A stretch of DNA of 63,687 nucleotides, filler included, from Dehalococcoidia bacterium (GTDB lineage: Bacteria > Chloroflexota > Dehalococcoidia > DSTF01 > JACRBR01), in the NCBI GenBank assembly GCA_041494685.1. It is 3 parts of 3 records of this genome, joined end to end, with 100 filler letters (N's around TTAATTAATTAA, not from the genome) between each part and the next. Parts side by side here need not be neighbours in the genome. Positions count along the whole stretch, not along the records: positions 24,315 to 48,037 come from JBGQBE010000052.1; positions 48,138 to 63,687 come from JBGQBE010000061.1; 1 more part is not named here. One strand, 5' to 3'. The notes under the pieces are model-generated. The model saw only the letters and a list, made by a program, of their open reading frames with translations. It was not told the DNA's origin and made no database searches. A program made the translations under genes and the position numbers. Below, piece after piece: positions 46,246 through 56,286 of this stretch; the first letter of the stretch is position 1; each line of letters opens with the position of its first letter.

Positions 46246-46515
46246 CTGCGCCCCCGATCCCCGGGCAAGCCACATGCCGCCCCGCCCGTCCGTCTCGACG
46301 GAGAAGCGCCTCCACTGCCATGTGGCCGCGAAGGGGCTCCTCGATCGATCGTGCTACGCGAACCGCGCGGCCTAGAGCCCGGCGGCGATCTTCTTCGCGG
46401 CCGCCAGGACTGCATCCGCGTTCACGCCCGTCGCCGAGACCGACAGCGCGATCTGCATGTTGCCCTTGAGGAACACCACCGTCACCGCGTCGGCGTCCGT
46501 CGTCTGGAAGCCCCC
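46246..46515. repeat. Direct repeat copy 2, containing a 3' remnant of the lipoprotein gene (46372..46515)
   Basis: GGFQT.DADAVTVVFLKGNMQIAL.VSATGVNADAVLAAAKKIAAGL duplicated without its N-terminus. Confidence 0.85.
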
Positions 46516-46723
46516 GCAACTCAAATCGAGACACGGCGAGTACGGTACCCTCGGTCCCATCGCAATCAACTACGACGAAGTGATCTGCAACGGGAATCAC
46601 GCCCGCTGGGCGACCGTCGCGGCCACGCGAGCAGGGCCAGGCGAAAGCCAACGCTCCACCCGCGTCCAGGCGGCGACGCAAGAGCTTGACGGGCCGGCCA
46701 CGTAGGGGATAGGCGCGCCGCTC

Positions 46724-47551
46724 CTATCCGGCTGTCGGGGGCCCTTCCGACGCCGTTGAACCAATCAGTTGTACGAACTCAGCATGCAAAGAGTCGTGTA
46801 GCATGCCCGCAAAGGAAAAGAGCGTAAACGCGATCTCTTGGATGTCGAGCCCGCCGAACACGACGTGACTGCCCAGTCCCCAAGTCTTGGTTCGATCCTC
46901 GAATTGAAATCCAATCGTTTGGCCAGCTTCGACCTTCGGTTCTCGCTCAGCATCCGGTATCGGCTCGCCGTCGCGTAGAAGGACCATCCGGCGCCAAGCG
47001 ATTCCTTCGATCAGCTCGGTGTCCTCTTCACCGACGATTCCCGCTCGGTGTGTGATACATCGACGGACAGCGCAGAGACCCCTGAACCAGCGCGTTCCCG
47101 CCGCGATATTCTCGTCTTGGGATCGCTCCAAATCCTGGAGTTGGCCGTCCAAGGAGCGATGACGCGCTGCCGTCCGCGCGCTCGCCATGATCGCGAGGAA
47201 TTCCTCGCCCTTCATCAGCCCTTTGCGATCTCCGACAGCAAGAGCAACGCGCCGAAGAATGTTCAGTTCCACCAAGTAGCGCTCCCAATGGGCCAGCATG
47301 ATCAGCAACGCGTAACGGCACATTTCGATGCAGAATTGATCCTTCGCGAGACGAGGCATATCCGCATTGCTAGTGCCAAGTGCGAACAGAAAACGAGTCG
47401 GCGGGGCGTCGCTCAACGTGCCGTCAATGGAGTCCGCGTGGCGCGCCAGAAGCGCAGCATATTCCGACGCTCCGACCACGCGCCCGTGAGATTCTCCTAT
47501 CATCGCCGTCAGACTGAGTGGCTTAGCGTTTTCGGGTATGTCGGACGCCAT
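46724..47551 (-). CDS. Hypothetical lower-GC protein, possible HEPN domain
   Basis: Helical; LAHWERYL and R-x4-H (RRCITH-RAG). Confidence 0.55.
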   Translation of the reverse strand: MASDIPENAKPLSLTAMIGESHGRVVGASEYAALLARHADSIDGTLSDAPPTRFLFALGTSNADMPRLAKDQFCIEMCRYALLIMLAHWERYLVELNILRRVALAVGDRKGLMKGEEFLAIMASARTAARHRSLDGQLQDLERSQDENIAAGTRWFRGLCAVRRCITHRAGIVGEEDTELIEGIAWRRMVLLRDGEPIPDAEREPKVEAGQTIGFQFEDRTKTWGLGSHVVFGGLDIQEIAFTLFSFAGMLHDSLHAEFVQLIGSTASEGPPTAG

Positions 47552-47874
47552 CGGCTCATTCCCCCAAGACTAGGCGACGCCCGTGCGCGTCGGTACCCCC
47601 GCCGTTGCCCAACCACCGATAATAGGCGTGCAGTTCAGTGGCGAGAGTGGCGACGCGATTATAACGGTGGTGTTGGTATTCTATCCCCGCCTTTGCCGAG
47701 ACGAACGCCGCGTGCCTCCGCATACCGGAGGAAGAACTCGCCCCACGTCACTGGCATAAGGTGGCGACGCTAGGGTACCCCGCCAACCAAGAGCAACCCT
47801 TTCTTACGGCACCTAAATGGACAAGCTGTCGGAAGGTTCGTAGCTACGGAAGCACGGCGTTAGCCGCCAGATGG

Positions 47875-47911
47875 TTTCAGCCGCGTGCTCTACCACCTAA
47901 GCTACGTCGCC
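47875..47911 (-). pseudogene. Degenerate 5' half of tRNA-Phe ending in the anticodon loop
   Basis: 31/37 identity to 44480..44516 by manual alignment; retains CTGAAA. Confidence 0.8.
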
Positions 47912-48037
47912 CCGCCGGCCCCTTCCATCGGCAAACCAGCCCCCACACTCCCCCCACCCGCCACCCGCTGATATACTGCGCCGATTTCCGCTGGAGGGTG
48001 GTGCACCGCATGTCCGTCCTGCTCGTCGCCTCGTCGG

Positions 48038-48137
48038 NNNNNNNNNNNNNNNNNNNNNNNNNNNNNNNNNNNNNNNNNNNNTTAATTAATTAANNNNNNN
48101 NNNNNNNNNNNNNNNNNNNNNNNNNNNNNNNNNNNNN
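48038..48137. other. Artificial contig spacer
   Basis: N runs with TTAATTAATTAA. Confidence 0.97.
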
Positions 48138-49060
48138 ACGCCCGCGGCGGCGAGCACCGCGAGGCCGAGCGCACGGCGTGTCGTGGCGTCGCGCATGATC
48201 GTGCTCGCGACGAGGGGGCGCGCGCCGGCGGCTTCGACGCGGCCCGCGTCCGCCGCGTCCGACTCGTCGATGACGAGCGCGTCGATCAGGCCGGCGTAGA
48301 CGCGAGCGACGCCCGCCACGTCGACAGGGAAGCCGAGGCCGCGCAGCATCTCCGCGGCGGGCGGCTGGAGCGAGCACCCGCCGACGATCGGGCTGACGGC
48401 GACGCGGGGCACCCTCGTCGCGGCGATCGCGTCGCGGACGCCGGGTATGGCGAGGATGGGGCCGATGCTGCCGATCGGGTTGCTGGGCGCGATGACGATC
48501 GCCTCGGAGTTGGCGATGGCGTCGAGCACGCCCGGGGCGGGCCGTGCGGCGTCCGCGCCGTCGAAGCGGATCTGCGTCACGTTGTCGGGGGCATGGCGGT
48601 GCACCAGATACTCCTGGAAGGGAAGTTCTTCGCCGCCGGAGGTGACGATCGTGCGGACGCGGCCGTCGCTCATCGGCAGCAGCCGCACGCCGACACCGAA
48701 GGCGCGCGCGATGTCCGCCGTGATCTCGCTGAGCGGCACGCCCTCGCCGAGCAGGCGCGTGCGGTGGAGGTGGGTCGCCAGGTCGCGGTCGCCGATCTGG
48801 AACCAGGTGTCGTGACCGAAGCGCTCTAGCGATTCGAGCCAGCGGAAGGTGTCGCCGCGGAGGCCCCAGCCGCGTTGCTCGTCCACCTCGCCCGCGAGCG
48901 CGTAGGTGATGATGTCGGGGTCGGGCGAGACGTAGAGGCCGTGGAACCAGTCGTCGTCGCCGGTGTTGACGATGGCCGTGATGCGCTCGGCCGATAGCAC
49001 GGCCGACAGCGCGCGGAGCAGGCGCGATCCTCCGACGCCGCCGCAGAGCACCGTGATCAT
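48138..49060 (-). CDS. cofD: 2-phospho-L-lactate transferase (F420 biosynthesis), 3' end cut by gap
   Basis: LCGGVGG, VNTGDD, SPDPD, WFQIGDRDLATH, APSNP..SIGPIL, VSPIVGG. Confidence 0.92.
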
Positions 49061-49088
49061 CGTGCGTGGCCTCGCGCGGGCGTGTGCG

Positions 49089-50369
49089 TCACGAGACGGC
49101 GACGGTATCGCGCGCGGGCTCGCGGCCGTACAGTTCGCGATTCAGCTCATCCAGCTCGGCCTGCTCCTGCACTTCGGCGCGGTTCCACAGGACGAGGATG
49201 GCGGACATCAGGACGAGCGTGGCGACGCCGGCGGTGAGGAACAGAGCGCGCAGGCCGAGGTGGTCGGCGATCAGTCCGGCGATGGGCTGCGATCCGGCGA
49301 GCGCGAAGTTGCCGGCGACGCTCTGGACCGAGAGGATCGTGGCGCGGCGCTCGCTGGGGATGCGCTTGTTGACGTAGGTGGCGAGGATGGGGTTGCCGGC
49401 GCCGGCGACGAGGCCGACGCCGAGGAACGCGCCGAAGGCCCAGGCGTGGTCGATGCCGGCGAGCGCGACGTAGCAGAGCGCCAGCGTGACGGGCAGCGCG
49501 AAGAGGGCGCCCTTCTGCCCCATGCGCGAGAGGAAGCGGTGCGCCGCCAGCGCCGACAGGATGCCGACGCCGCGGACGGGAGCCTGCCAGAAGCCCAGGC
49601 TGCCCGTGCCGATGCCGTGGTGGTTGAGGAACGGCTGCTGGAAGACGAGCGGCGTGAACGTCGCGGCGACGAGCACGCCGCTGTAGGCGATGACGTAGCG
49701 GAGGGTCGGCTGGTCCCATGCCTGACGGATGCCGCGCGCCAGCGTCTGGAAGTAGTGGTCGCGGGACTCGTCGTGCTCGCCGCGCGGCTCGTGCATGAAG
49801 AAGGCGACGGGGATGGCGAGCGCTGCGATACCGACGCTGAGGAAGATCGGCACGGTGAAGCTGGTGGCCTGGGCGATGGGGGCGCCGACGAGGAGCGCCA
49901 GCAGCGCGGCGAAGGAGGTGAGCGCCCAGATGCGGCTGTTAATGCGCTGGAAGTCGTCCTCGCGGCCGATCTGCTTGAGGCTGTCGTAGAGGATGGCCTG
50001 GTCCGCGCCCGACTGGAAGGTCTGTCCGAAGCCCCATGCGGTCCACGAGATCAGGATGACGACGTAGCTGTCGGCGATGCCGAAGATGAAGAACGCCAGG
50101 GCGATGAGCGCGCTGCCGAGCATCAGCGAGAAGCGGCGGCCGAAACGGTCGGCGATGGCGCCGGTGGGGACCTCGGCCAGCACGACGAGGAGGAAGAACG
50201 GGATGTCGAGCATGGTGATCTGGGTGAGCGAGAAGCCGCGCTGCTTCTGGAGGTAGATCACCCAGATGGGCAGCCACAGTTCGAGCTTCATCAGGAAGCG
50301 GTACAGGTACGACTTCCAAATGTTGCCCTCGAAGGCCATGTCGTCGCGGATCTGCGCCAGAAGGTCCAT
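49089..50369 (-). CDS. MFS transporter
   Basis: EVPTGAIADRFGRR, SGADQAILYDSL, PSERRATILS. Confidence 0.88.
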   Translation of the reverse strand: MDLLAQIRDDMAFEGNIWKSYLYRFLMKLELWLPIWVIYLQKQRGFSLTQITMLDIPFFLLVVLAEVPTGAIADRFGRRFSLMLGSALIALAFFIFGIADSYVVILISWTAWGFGQTFQSGADQAILYDSLKQIGREDDFQRINSRIWALTSFAALLALLVGAPIAQATSFTVPIFLSVGIAALAIPVAFFMHEPRGEHDESRDHYFQTLARGIRQAWDQPTLRYVIAYSGVLVAATFTPLVFQQPFLNHHGIGTGSLGFWQAPVRGVGILSALAAHRFLSRMGQKGALFALPVTLALCYVALAGIDHAWAFGAFLGVGLVAGAGNPILATYVNKRIPSERRATILSVQSVAGNFALAGSQPIAGLIADHLGLRALFLTAGVATLVLMSAILVLWNRAEVQEQAELDELNRELYGREPARDTVAVS

Positions 50370-50457
50370 CGCAGCGAGTATAACGAGGCAGGATGGCCGG
50401 ATGAACGAGAAAGGGGCCCCTGCGGGCCCCTTCGATGTCAATCAGCGGGACGTCCTG

Positions 50458-51060
50458 CTAGTAGACCGGCGCGAAGATGAATACGCCGGGCGCGAGGATG
50501 TTGTCGCGCGTGACGAGCAGGTTGAGCACGATCACCCATACCGCGAAGCCGGCCGCGTTGGCGGCGAGCGCCTTGCCGGCAGGGGCGTCGGTGGCGGACT
50601 GGACGGCGATCTGGGTTGTCCCGAAGAGGATGCCGAGCACCGCGATACCGATGCCGTAATCCAGCTTATGGATGCACATGAGCAGGCCGAGTGCCAGCGG
50701 GGCGGCGGCGAAGCCCATCACGCGGACGAGTTCCTGCGCGTCGACGCGGGCTCGGAAGACCTGCCCCAGCATCACGTAGACGATGCCGAGCCAGACGAAC
50801 CAGAGGACCACCGAGACGATCGTGCCGATCACCGCCGACTTACTGAGGATCGTGCCGGCGTCCGAATAGCCGCCGAAGATCCACCAGAGCCAGCCGCCGA
50901 GGCCGGACAGCAGTGTCGCCACGACGACGATCAGGATCGCGGGGAGCGTGGAGGCGGCGTCGGTGCGCACCTCGTCGAACACGCTCGTGTCCAGCATGGC
51001 GAGGCGGCGAAGCCGCATCACGATGGCATTGACGTCCATGCCGCCCGTCTGTGAAACCAT
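50458..51060 (-). CDS. Yip1-like membrane protein
   Basis: LD..VFDEVRTD, RVMGFAAAP; about 5 TM helices; SD AGGAGG. Confidence 0.65.
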   Translation of the reverse strand: MVSQTGGMDVNAIVMRLRRLAMLDTSVFDEVRTDAASTLPAILIVVVATLLSGLGGWLWWIFGGYSDAGTILSKSAVIGTIVSVVLWFVWLGIVYVMLGQVFRARVDAQELVRVMGFAAAPLALGLLMCIHKLDYGIGIAVLGILFGTTQIAVQSATDAPAGKALAANAAGFAVWVIVLNLLVTRDNILAPGVFIFAPVY

Positions 51061-51191
51061 GTTGAGCCTCCTTCGACCGCCCGGCGTTCAGGGGCGCGTG
51101 TGAGCCCTCCAAACGATCAACTGCCTATCTCATACAACACTTGGGGGAAGTTGTCTAGTGCCGCGATCGCCTCGCATGAGGGCGAATGAAG

Positions 51192-51905
51192 CTAGAGCGG
51201 TGATTTCGCCGGGATACCGTCGCGCCGCGGGTACTCGGCGGGCGTCGCGCGCTGCTTGACGACGGCGACGATGGTCTGGGGCGGCCCGGCGACCGGGAAG
51301 GGGGCGATGAACGCCTTTCCGCCCAGCACCTGCAGGGCGCGCGCGGCCGCGGCGACCTCTTCGGCGGCGCGCGAGCCCTTGGGCGTGACGACGCGGCCGC
51401 CGATGCGGGCGAAGGGTAGCGTGAGTTCGAGCAGCGCGGGCAGGGGGGCGACGGCGCGGGCGAGGACCAGGTCGAACGCGCCGCGCAGCGCCGGGTCGTG
51501 GCCGAGGGTCTCGGCACGGCCGGTCAGCACCGTGGTGCCGTCGAGCGCGAGGGCGTCGACGACGGCGGAGAGGAAGGCGGTCTTCTTGGCGGTGGCCTCG
51601 ATCAGCGTGAGGCGGATGCCGGGCCAGGCGATCTTCAGGGCGAGGCCGGGGAATCCGGCGCCGGCGCCGACATCGAGGACGGAAGCGTCGGGGCGCAGGA
51701 TCTCGCGCTCGCGGAGGGCGGCGCCGAGGGCGAGCGACTCGGCGAAGTGGCGGCGCTGCACGACGTCGGGGTTGACATCGCCCACCAGGTTGACGCGGGC
51801 AGACCACTTCGTTAGCAGTGCAAGATAGGCTTCGAACTGCGCGACCTGCGCGTCAGTGAGTCGGATCCCGTACACTGACAGTTCCTGCAGCAGCGTTTCC
51901 AGCAC
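51192..51905 (-). CDS. rsmG: 16S rRNA m7G527 methyltransferase
   Basis: RHFAESL, LDVGAGAGFPG, EATAKK..FL, GRAE, ARAVA, YPRRDG.P.K.PL. Confidence 0.9.
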   Translation of the reverse strand: MLETLLQELSVYGIRLTDAQVAQFEAYLALLTKWSARVNLVGDVNPDVVQRRHFAESLALGAALREREILRPDASVLDVGAGAGFPGLALKIAWPGIRLTLIEATAKKTAFLSAVVDALALDGTTVLTGRAETLGHDPALRGAFDLVLARAVAPLPALLELTLPFARIGGRVVTPKGSRAAEEVAAAARALQVLGGKAFIAPFPVAGPPQTIVAVVKQRATPAEYPRRDGIPAKSPL

Positions 51906-51987
51906 GCGCAGAGCATACCTCATGTTGGTTTGACGCCCCTTCCGGAAGATGCCTACAATTCCGAACCGGGCAGGAGGGACAGATCGT

Positions 51988-52803
51988 ATGGCGGCGGACA
52001 CCACGACGGAACAGAGCACGCTGCAGGCTGTGGCGCGCACGTACCTTGCATCGCTGAAGGCGGTGGTGAGGCGGGAGGCACAGCCGGAGGTGCTCAAGTT
52101 CGTCCGGTGGGCGGGCCCCGAGCGCGATCTCGCCACGATGCGCGGGCACGATGTCGCACAGTACGCCGAGAACTTTCCGCCGACGGTCTCTGATGCGGCG
52201 AAGCGCGCTGACTACGTCCGGGCGTTTCTCAAGTGGGCGAAAGAGAAGGGCATCACGACCGAGAACCTGGGCACGCACCTGCGTGTGCGCAAGGCGTCCA
52301 AGTCGAGTTCCAACGCGCGTCTGCTGGAGGTCCAGCCCATCTACCTGACCAAGGCAGGCCACGAGGCGCTCGTCACCGAGATGGACGGCCTGAAGGAGCG
52401 GCGGCCGCTGATCCAGGCGGACCTGGCGCGGGCGATGGCCGACAAGGACTTCCGCGAGAACGCGCCGCTGGACTCGGCGCGCAACGAGCAGGCACACCTG
52501 GAGGCGCGCATCCGTGAGATCGACGGGACGCTGCGGCGGGCCGTGGTGCTGGACAGCGCAGCGGAGCACCCGGGCGACGTCTCTCAGCTGGGCGACCAGG
52601 TGACGATCCGCGACCTGCGGACCGGGCAGCAGAAGGTCTACACGCTGGTGAACTCGGACGAGGTGCGCTCGGGCTCGGGCAAGATCTCGATCGCGTCGCC
52701 GGTGGGGAAGGCCGTGTACCAGCGGCGCGCCGGCGAAGAGGTCGAGGTAGAGGCGCCGTCGGGCACCTTCCGCGTACGCATCGAGTCGATCACGCAGAGC
52801 TAG
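51988..52803 (+). CDS. greA: GreA elongation factor with extra N-terminal domain of about 115 aa
   Basis: YLTK.G, DFRENA..DSARNEQ..LEARI, KISIASPVGKA, VEAPSG. Confidence 0.85.
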   Translation: MAADTTTEQSTLQAVARTYLASLKAVVRREAQPEVLKFVRWAGPERDLATMRGHDVAQYAENFPPTVSDAAKRADYVRAFLKWAKEKGITTENLGTHLRVRKASKSSSNARLLEVQPIYLTKAGHEALVTEMDGLKERRPLIQADLARAMADKDFRENAPLDSARNEQAHLEARIREIDGTLRRAVVLDSAAEHPGDVSQLGDQVTIRDLRTGQQKVYTLVNSDEVRSGSGKISIASPVGKAVYQRRAGEEVEVEAPSGTFRVRIESITQS

Positions 52804-52846
52804 TCGCTGCTTCGAGAGCGGACACGCACCATCCCGCGCACAAAGT

Positions 52847-52879
52847 AGAAGGACCGCCATCATGGCGGTCCTTCTTTTC
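52847..52879. terminator. Terminator between convergent genes
   Basis: AGAAGGACCGCCAT-C-ATGGCGGTCCTTCT-TTT. Confidence 0.8.
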
Positions 52880-52896
52880 GCTATTCCTGCACCCTG

Positions 52897-53739
52897 TTAG
52901 ACGCCGCGGAAGGTCGGCTGGCGTTTCTCGACGAATGCCTTCGCAGCCTCGCGGTGGTCGGATGTAGTGCTCGAGAGGTTCATGTTCAGCGCTTCCTGGT
53001 CGAGCAGCGTCTTCAGGTCGCAGTCCTCGGCGCGGTTGAGGTTCTCTTTCATGCGGGCGTAGGCGAGCGTCGGGCCGGCGGCGAGCTGCGCCGCGAACTT
53101 CAGCGTCTCGTCGAGCAGCTGTTCGTGCTCGACGACGCGGTTCACCATGCCGATCGCGAGTGCGTCTGCGGCGCTGAGGATCTCGCCGGTGAAGTAGAGT
53201 TCGCGTGCTTTGCCGTTGCCGACGAGGCGGGGGAGGAAGTACGAGCCGCCGAAGTCACCGCTGAAGCCGACGTTGCGGAAGATCGTGCCGAGCTTCGCCT
53301 TGTCGGAGGCGATGCGAATGTCGCACGCCAGCGCCAGGCTGAGGCCCGCTCCGACGGCGTGGCCGTTGACGGCCGCGATGGTGGGCTTGGGCATGGTGTG
53401 CAGCACGAGGCTCGTGCTGGCCTGCGACTCGCGCAGCATCGCGACGCCGCGCGCGAAGGCCGACGCGGGCGAACTGTCCGTTGGCGCGGCCGCGCCGTCG
53501 GCGTTGAGGATGGCGTCGCGGCCGGCGGCCATGCCCTTGACGTCGCCTCCGGCGCAGAAGGCGCGGCCGGCGCCGGTGAGCACGACGCAGCGCACGTTGC
53601 GGTCGTGCGAGACGTCGGCGAGGTACTGCGCCAGCACGGGCATGAGCATGCCGCCCATGGCGTTGAGGCTTTCGGGCCGATTGAGGGTGATCAGCGCCAC
53701 GCCGTCCGTGCGCTTATCGATGAGTACGTCGTCTGCCAT
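52897..53739 (-). CDS. Enoyl-CoA hydratase/isomerase
   Basis: ITLNRPESLNA, AFCAGGDV, AAVNGHAVGAG..LALACDIR, F.EKR.P.F. Confidence 0.9.
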   Translation of the reverse strand: MADDVLIDKRTDGVALITLNRPESLNAMGGMLMPVLAQYLADVSHDRNVRCVVLTGAGRAFCAGGDVKGMAAGRDAILNADGAAAPTDSSPASAFARGVAMLRESQASTSLVLHTMPKPTIAAVNGHAVGAGLSLALACDIRIASDKAKLGTIFRNVGFSGDFGGSYFLPRLVGNGKARELYFTGEILSAADALAIGMVNRVVEHEQLLDETLKFAAQLAAGPTLAYARMKENLNRAEDCDLKTLLDQEALNMNLSSTTSDHREAAKAFVEKRQPTFRGV

Positions 53740-53826
53740 GGGAACTCCCTTTCTGGATGCTGGCGACCGGCGACTGGAGACTGGTGATTGGGCCACATGC
53801 AACCCCCAGATTCCAGTCTCCAGAAG

Positions 53827-55389
53827 CTAGCCCTTCGCTTCGGCCTCCTTCGCGCGCTCCTGGTCGATGAGCTGGCGGCGGAGGATCTTGCCGGACGGGT
53901 TCTTCGGGATCGCGTCCACGATCTCAATGTGCCTGATCTTCTTGTAGGGCGCGACCTTCTCGGCCACGAAGGCCAGCACGGCGTCCAGGTCGAGCCCCGG
54001 CTCGCGGGGGACGATGAAGGCCTTGGGCACCTCGCCGGCTTCCACGTCCGCCTTCGGGATGACGGCGGCGTCGCGCACGCCGGGGTGCTCCATGAGCAGC
54101 GACTCTAGTTCGGCGGGCGCGACCTGGTAGCCCTTGTACTTGATCATCTCCTTCTTGCGGTCGTGGATGCGGACGTAGCCGTCCGGGTCGGCGGAGGCGA
54201 TGTCGCCGGTGCGGAGCCAGCCGTCGGGCGTCATCGTCTCGGCTGTGGCATCGGGGCGGCCCCAGTAGCCCAGCATCACCTGCGGGCCGTAGACCAGCAG
54301 CTCGCCGATCTCGCCGGGCGGCAGGACTTCGCCGGTGTCCAGGCTGACGATCTTCTCCAACGTGTCGGCGACGGCGGGGCCGACGGTGCCTTCGCGCGGG
54401 CTGGCGATCGGGTTGACGTTAGTGATCGGGCTGGACTCCGTCATGCCGTAACCCTGCATGACGATGCAGTTGAGCTTCTCCGCGGCCTGGCGGCCGACCT
54501 CGAGCGGCAGCGGCGCCGCGCCGGACATCAGGAAGCGCAGCGACGACATGTCGAACTCGGCGAGGCGCGGCTGGTGGACGAGCGCGAGCACGACGGGCGG
54601 CACGCAGTAGAGGTCGGTGACCTTGTATCGCTGGATGATGCCCATCGCTGCCTCGGGCTCGAAGCGCGGCAGTATGATCTGCGTCGCGCCGGCGGCGAGG
54701 CCGCAGTTGAGCAGCACCATCATCCCGTAGATGTGAAAGAAGGGCAGGAAGTCGAGGACGATGGCGTCCTCCGTCGTCATGCCGAGCGCCATCGTCTGGC
54801 GGATGTTCGCCGTGAGGTTCTGGTGGCTGAGCATGACGCCCTTGGGCATGCCGGTCGTGCCGCTGGAGTACGGCAGCACTGCCAGGTCCTTGAGCGGGTC
54901 GATGTGCACCGGCGCGGGATCGCCCTTCGCGGAGCGGGCCATGTCCCATGCGCCTTCCAGCTCGAACACGTCGCGGAGCTGCGGCACGTTGGCCTTCGCC
55001 TCGTCCACGATGCCCTTGAGCTGGCTGAGGGTAAAGACCATCTTTGCGCCAGCGTCGTGGAGCTGGTGCTCGACCTCGCGCTCGCGGTACAGCGGGTTGA
55101 GCGTGGTGACGATGGCACCGGCCATCAGCGCGCCGTGCAGCACGACCGCGTACTCGACGGAGTTCGGGGCAAAGAGCGCGATCATGTCGCCCTTGGCGAT
55201 GCCGCGATCCTGGAGCGCACGCGCCATGCCGCGCACGGCGGCCCAAAACTCGCCGTAGGTGTACGCCGTGCCCTCGGCGGTCATCAGTGCGGGCTTGTCG
55301 GGCAGGCGGCGGACGGTGGCCTCCATGAGCTGCGGCACGCTGAGGGGCGTGTAGGGCTCCAGGCTTGGCCACGGGCTGCTGAAGATCAT
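53827..55389 (-). CDS. AMP-dependent acyl-CoA ligase (4-coumarate-CoA ligase-like)
   Basis: PYSSGTTGMPKGV, QGYGMTE, WLRTGDI, IKYKGYQVAPAELE, PKNPSGKILRR. Confidence 0.9.
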   Translation of the reverse strand: MIFSSPWPSLEPYTPLSVPQLMEATVRRLPDKPALMTAEGTAYTYGEFWAAVRGMARALQDRGIAKGDMIALFAPNSVEYAVVLHGALMAGAIVTTLNPLYREREVEHQLHDAGAKMVFTLSQLKGIVDEAKANVPQLRDVFELEGAWDMARSAKGDPAPVHIDPLKDLAVLPYSSGTTGMPKGVMLSHQNLTANIRQTMALGMTTEDAIVLDFLPFFHIYGMMVLLNCGLAAGATQIILPRFEPEAAMGIIQRYKVTDLYCVPPVVLALVHQPRLAEFDMSSLRFLMSGAAPLPLEVGRQAAEKLNCIVMQGYGMTESSPITNVNPIASPREGTVGPAVADTLEKIVSLDTGEVLPPGEIGELLVYGPQVMLGYWGRPDATAETMTPDGWLRTGDIASADPDGYVRIHDRKKEMIKYKGYQVAPAELESLLMEHPGVRDAAVIPKADVEAGEVPKAFIVPREPGLDLDAVLAFVAEKVAPYKKIRHIEIVDAIPKNPSGKILRRQLIDQERAKEAEAKG

Positions 55390-55546
55390 CTGGTACCTCC
55401 GGTTGCGGCGGTGGATAGGGAGCCTACGCTATCACGCGGAGCGCGGCGCTTCAACTTGCCGGGGATTCACCACCGAGGCGCAGGGGACACAGAGGTAAGG
55501 CGCAGAAGCACTGAGGTCGGGGCGGGGAGGGCCGGGCGGGTCGGGA

Positions 55547-56191
55547 TTAGCGGCGGACGACTTTGCGGCCGGTGGCCTCCAGGTGGGCCGTCCACTCGGT
55601 GGCAGCGCGAGCGAAGGCTTCCTCGGCGGCGCGCACCTGCTCGAGCATCCACTCGGGCTCGTCGCCGGCTTCGGCCTTGCGCTTCTCCAGCACCTTGCGC
55701 GCGTCGCGCAGGGCGATCTGGGCCTCGCGGAAGGCTGCGCCAAGTTCGATGGAGCGCGGGTCCTGCGGCACCGGCGGCTCGAACGAGCGCGGGCCGCGGT
55801 CGCGGTCGCGCGAACTGCGCTCGCCGCCGCGCCCCGGTGGCCTGCCTTCGCGTGCGGGCCGTCCGTCACGCGCCGGGCGAGACTCCCGTTGCGGACGGGC
55901 TTCGCGTGGCGGGCGGTCGGACGCGCCCGGAGCGCGCTGGATACGGCCGGCCGACGGCGGGCCCGGCGGCTCGCCGGGGGGGCGGTCGCCGCGGCCACGG
56001 CGGTTGTCCTGGCGCTGCGATCGGCCCGATGCCGACGGGCCGGGCTGGCCGGGCGGGGCTGTCGGGCCGGGAGGGCCTGGCGGTCCCGGAGGCGCGCCCT
56101 CGGGGCGGCCGCCCTCCGGGGCGCCGCTTCCGGAGCGTCCGCCGCGCCCGCGCCGGCGCCGCTTGCGTGCTGGTTGCTGCTGCTCTTCCAC
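55547..56191 (-). CDS. Hypothetical Arg/Pro/Gly-rich protein with helical C-terminus
   Basis: TACCCT 6 nt before GTG; C-terminus SIELGAAFREAQIALRDARK is protein-like. Confidence 0.6.
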   Translation of the reverse strand: MEEQQQPARKRRRRGRGGRSGSGAPEGGRPEGAPPGPPGPPGPTAPPGQPGPSASGRSQRQDNRRGRGDRPPGEPPGPPSAGRIQRAPGASDRPPREARPQRESRPARDGRPAREGRPPGRGGERSSRDRDRGPRSFEPPVPQDPRSIELGAAFREAQIALRDARKVLEKRKAEAGDEPEWMLEQVRAAEEAFARAATEWTAHLEATGRKVVRR

Positions 56192-56286
56192 AGGAGAAGG
56201 GTATCGGATGTTGCCCGCAGACACACCCGCCGCCGGCATGGTGCTGGTGCGGCTGAGGGTCTACGCTCAGGCGAGGAGGCGACGCT

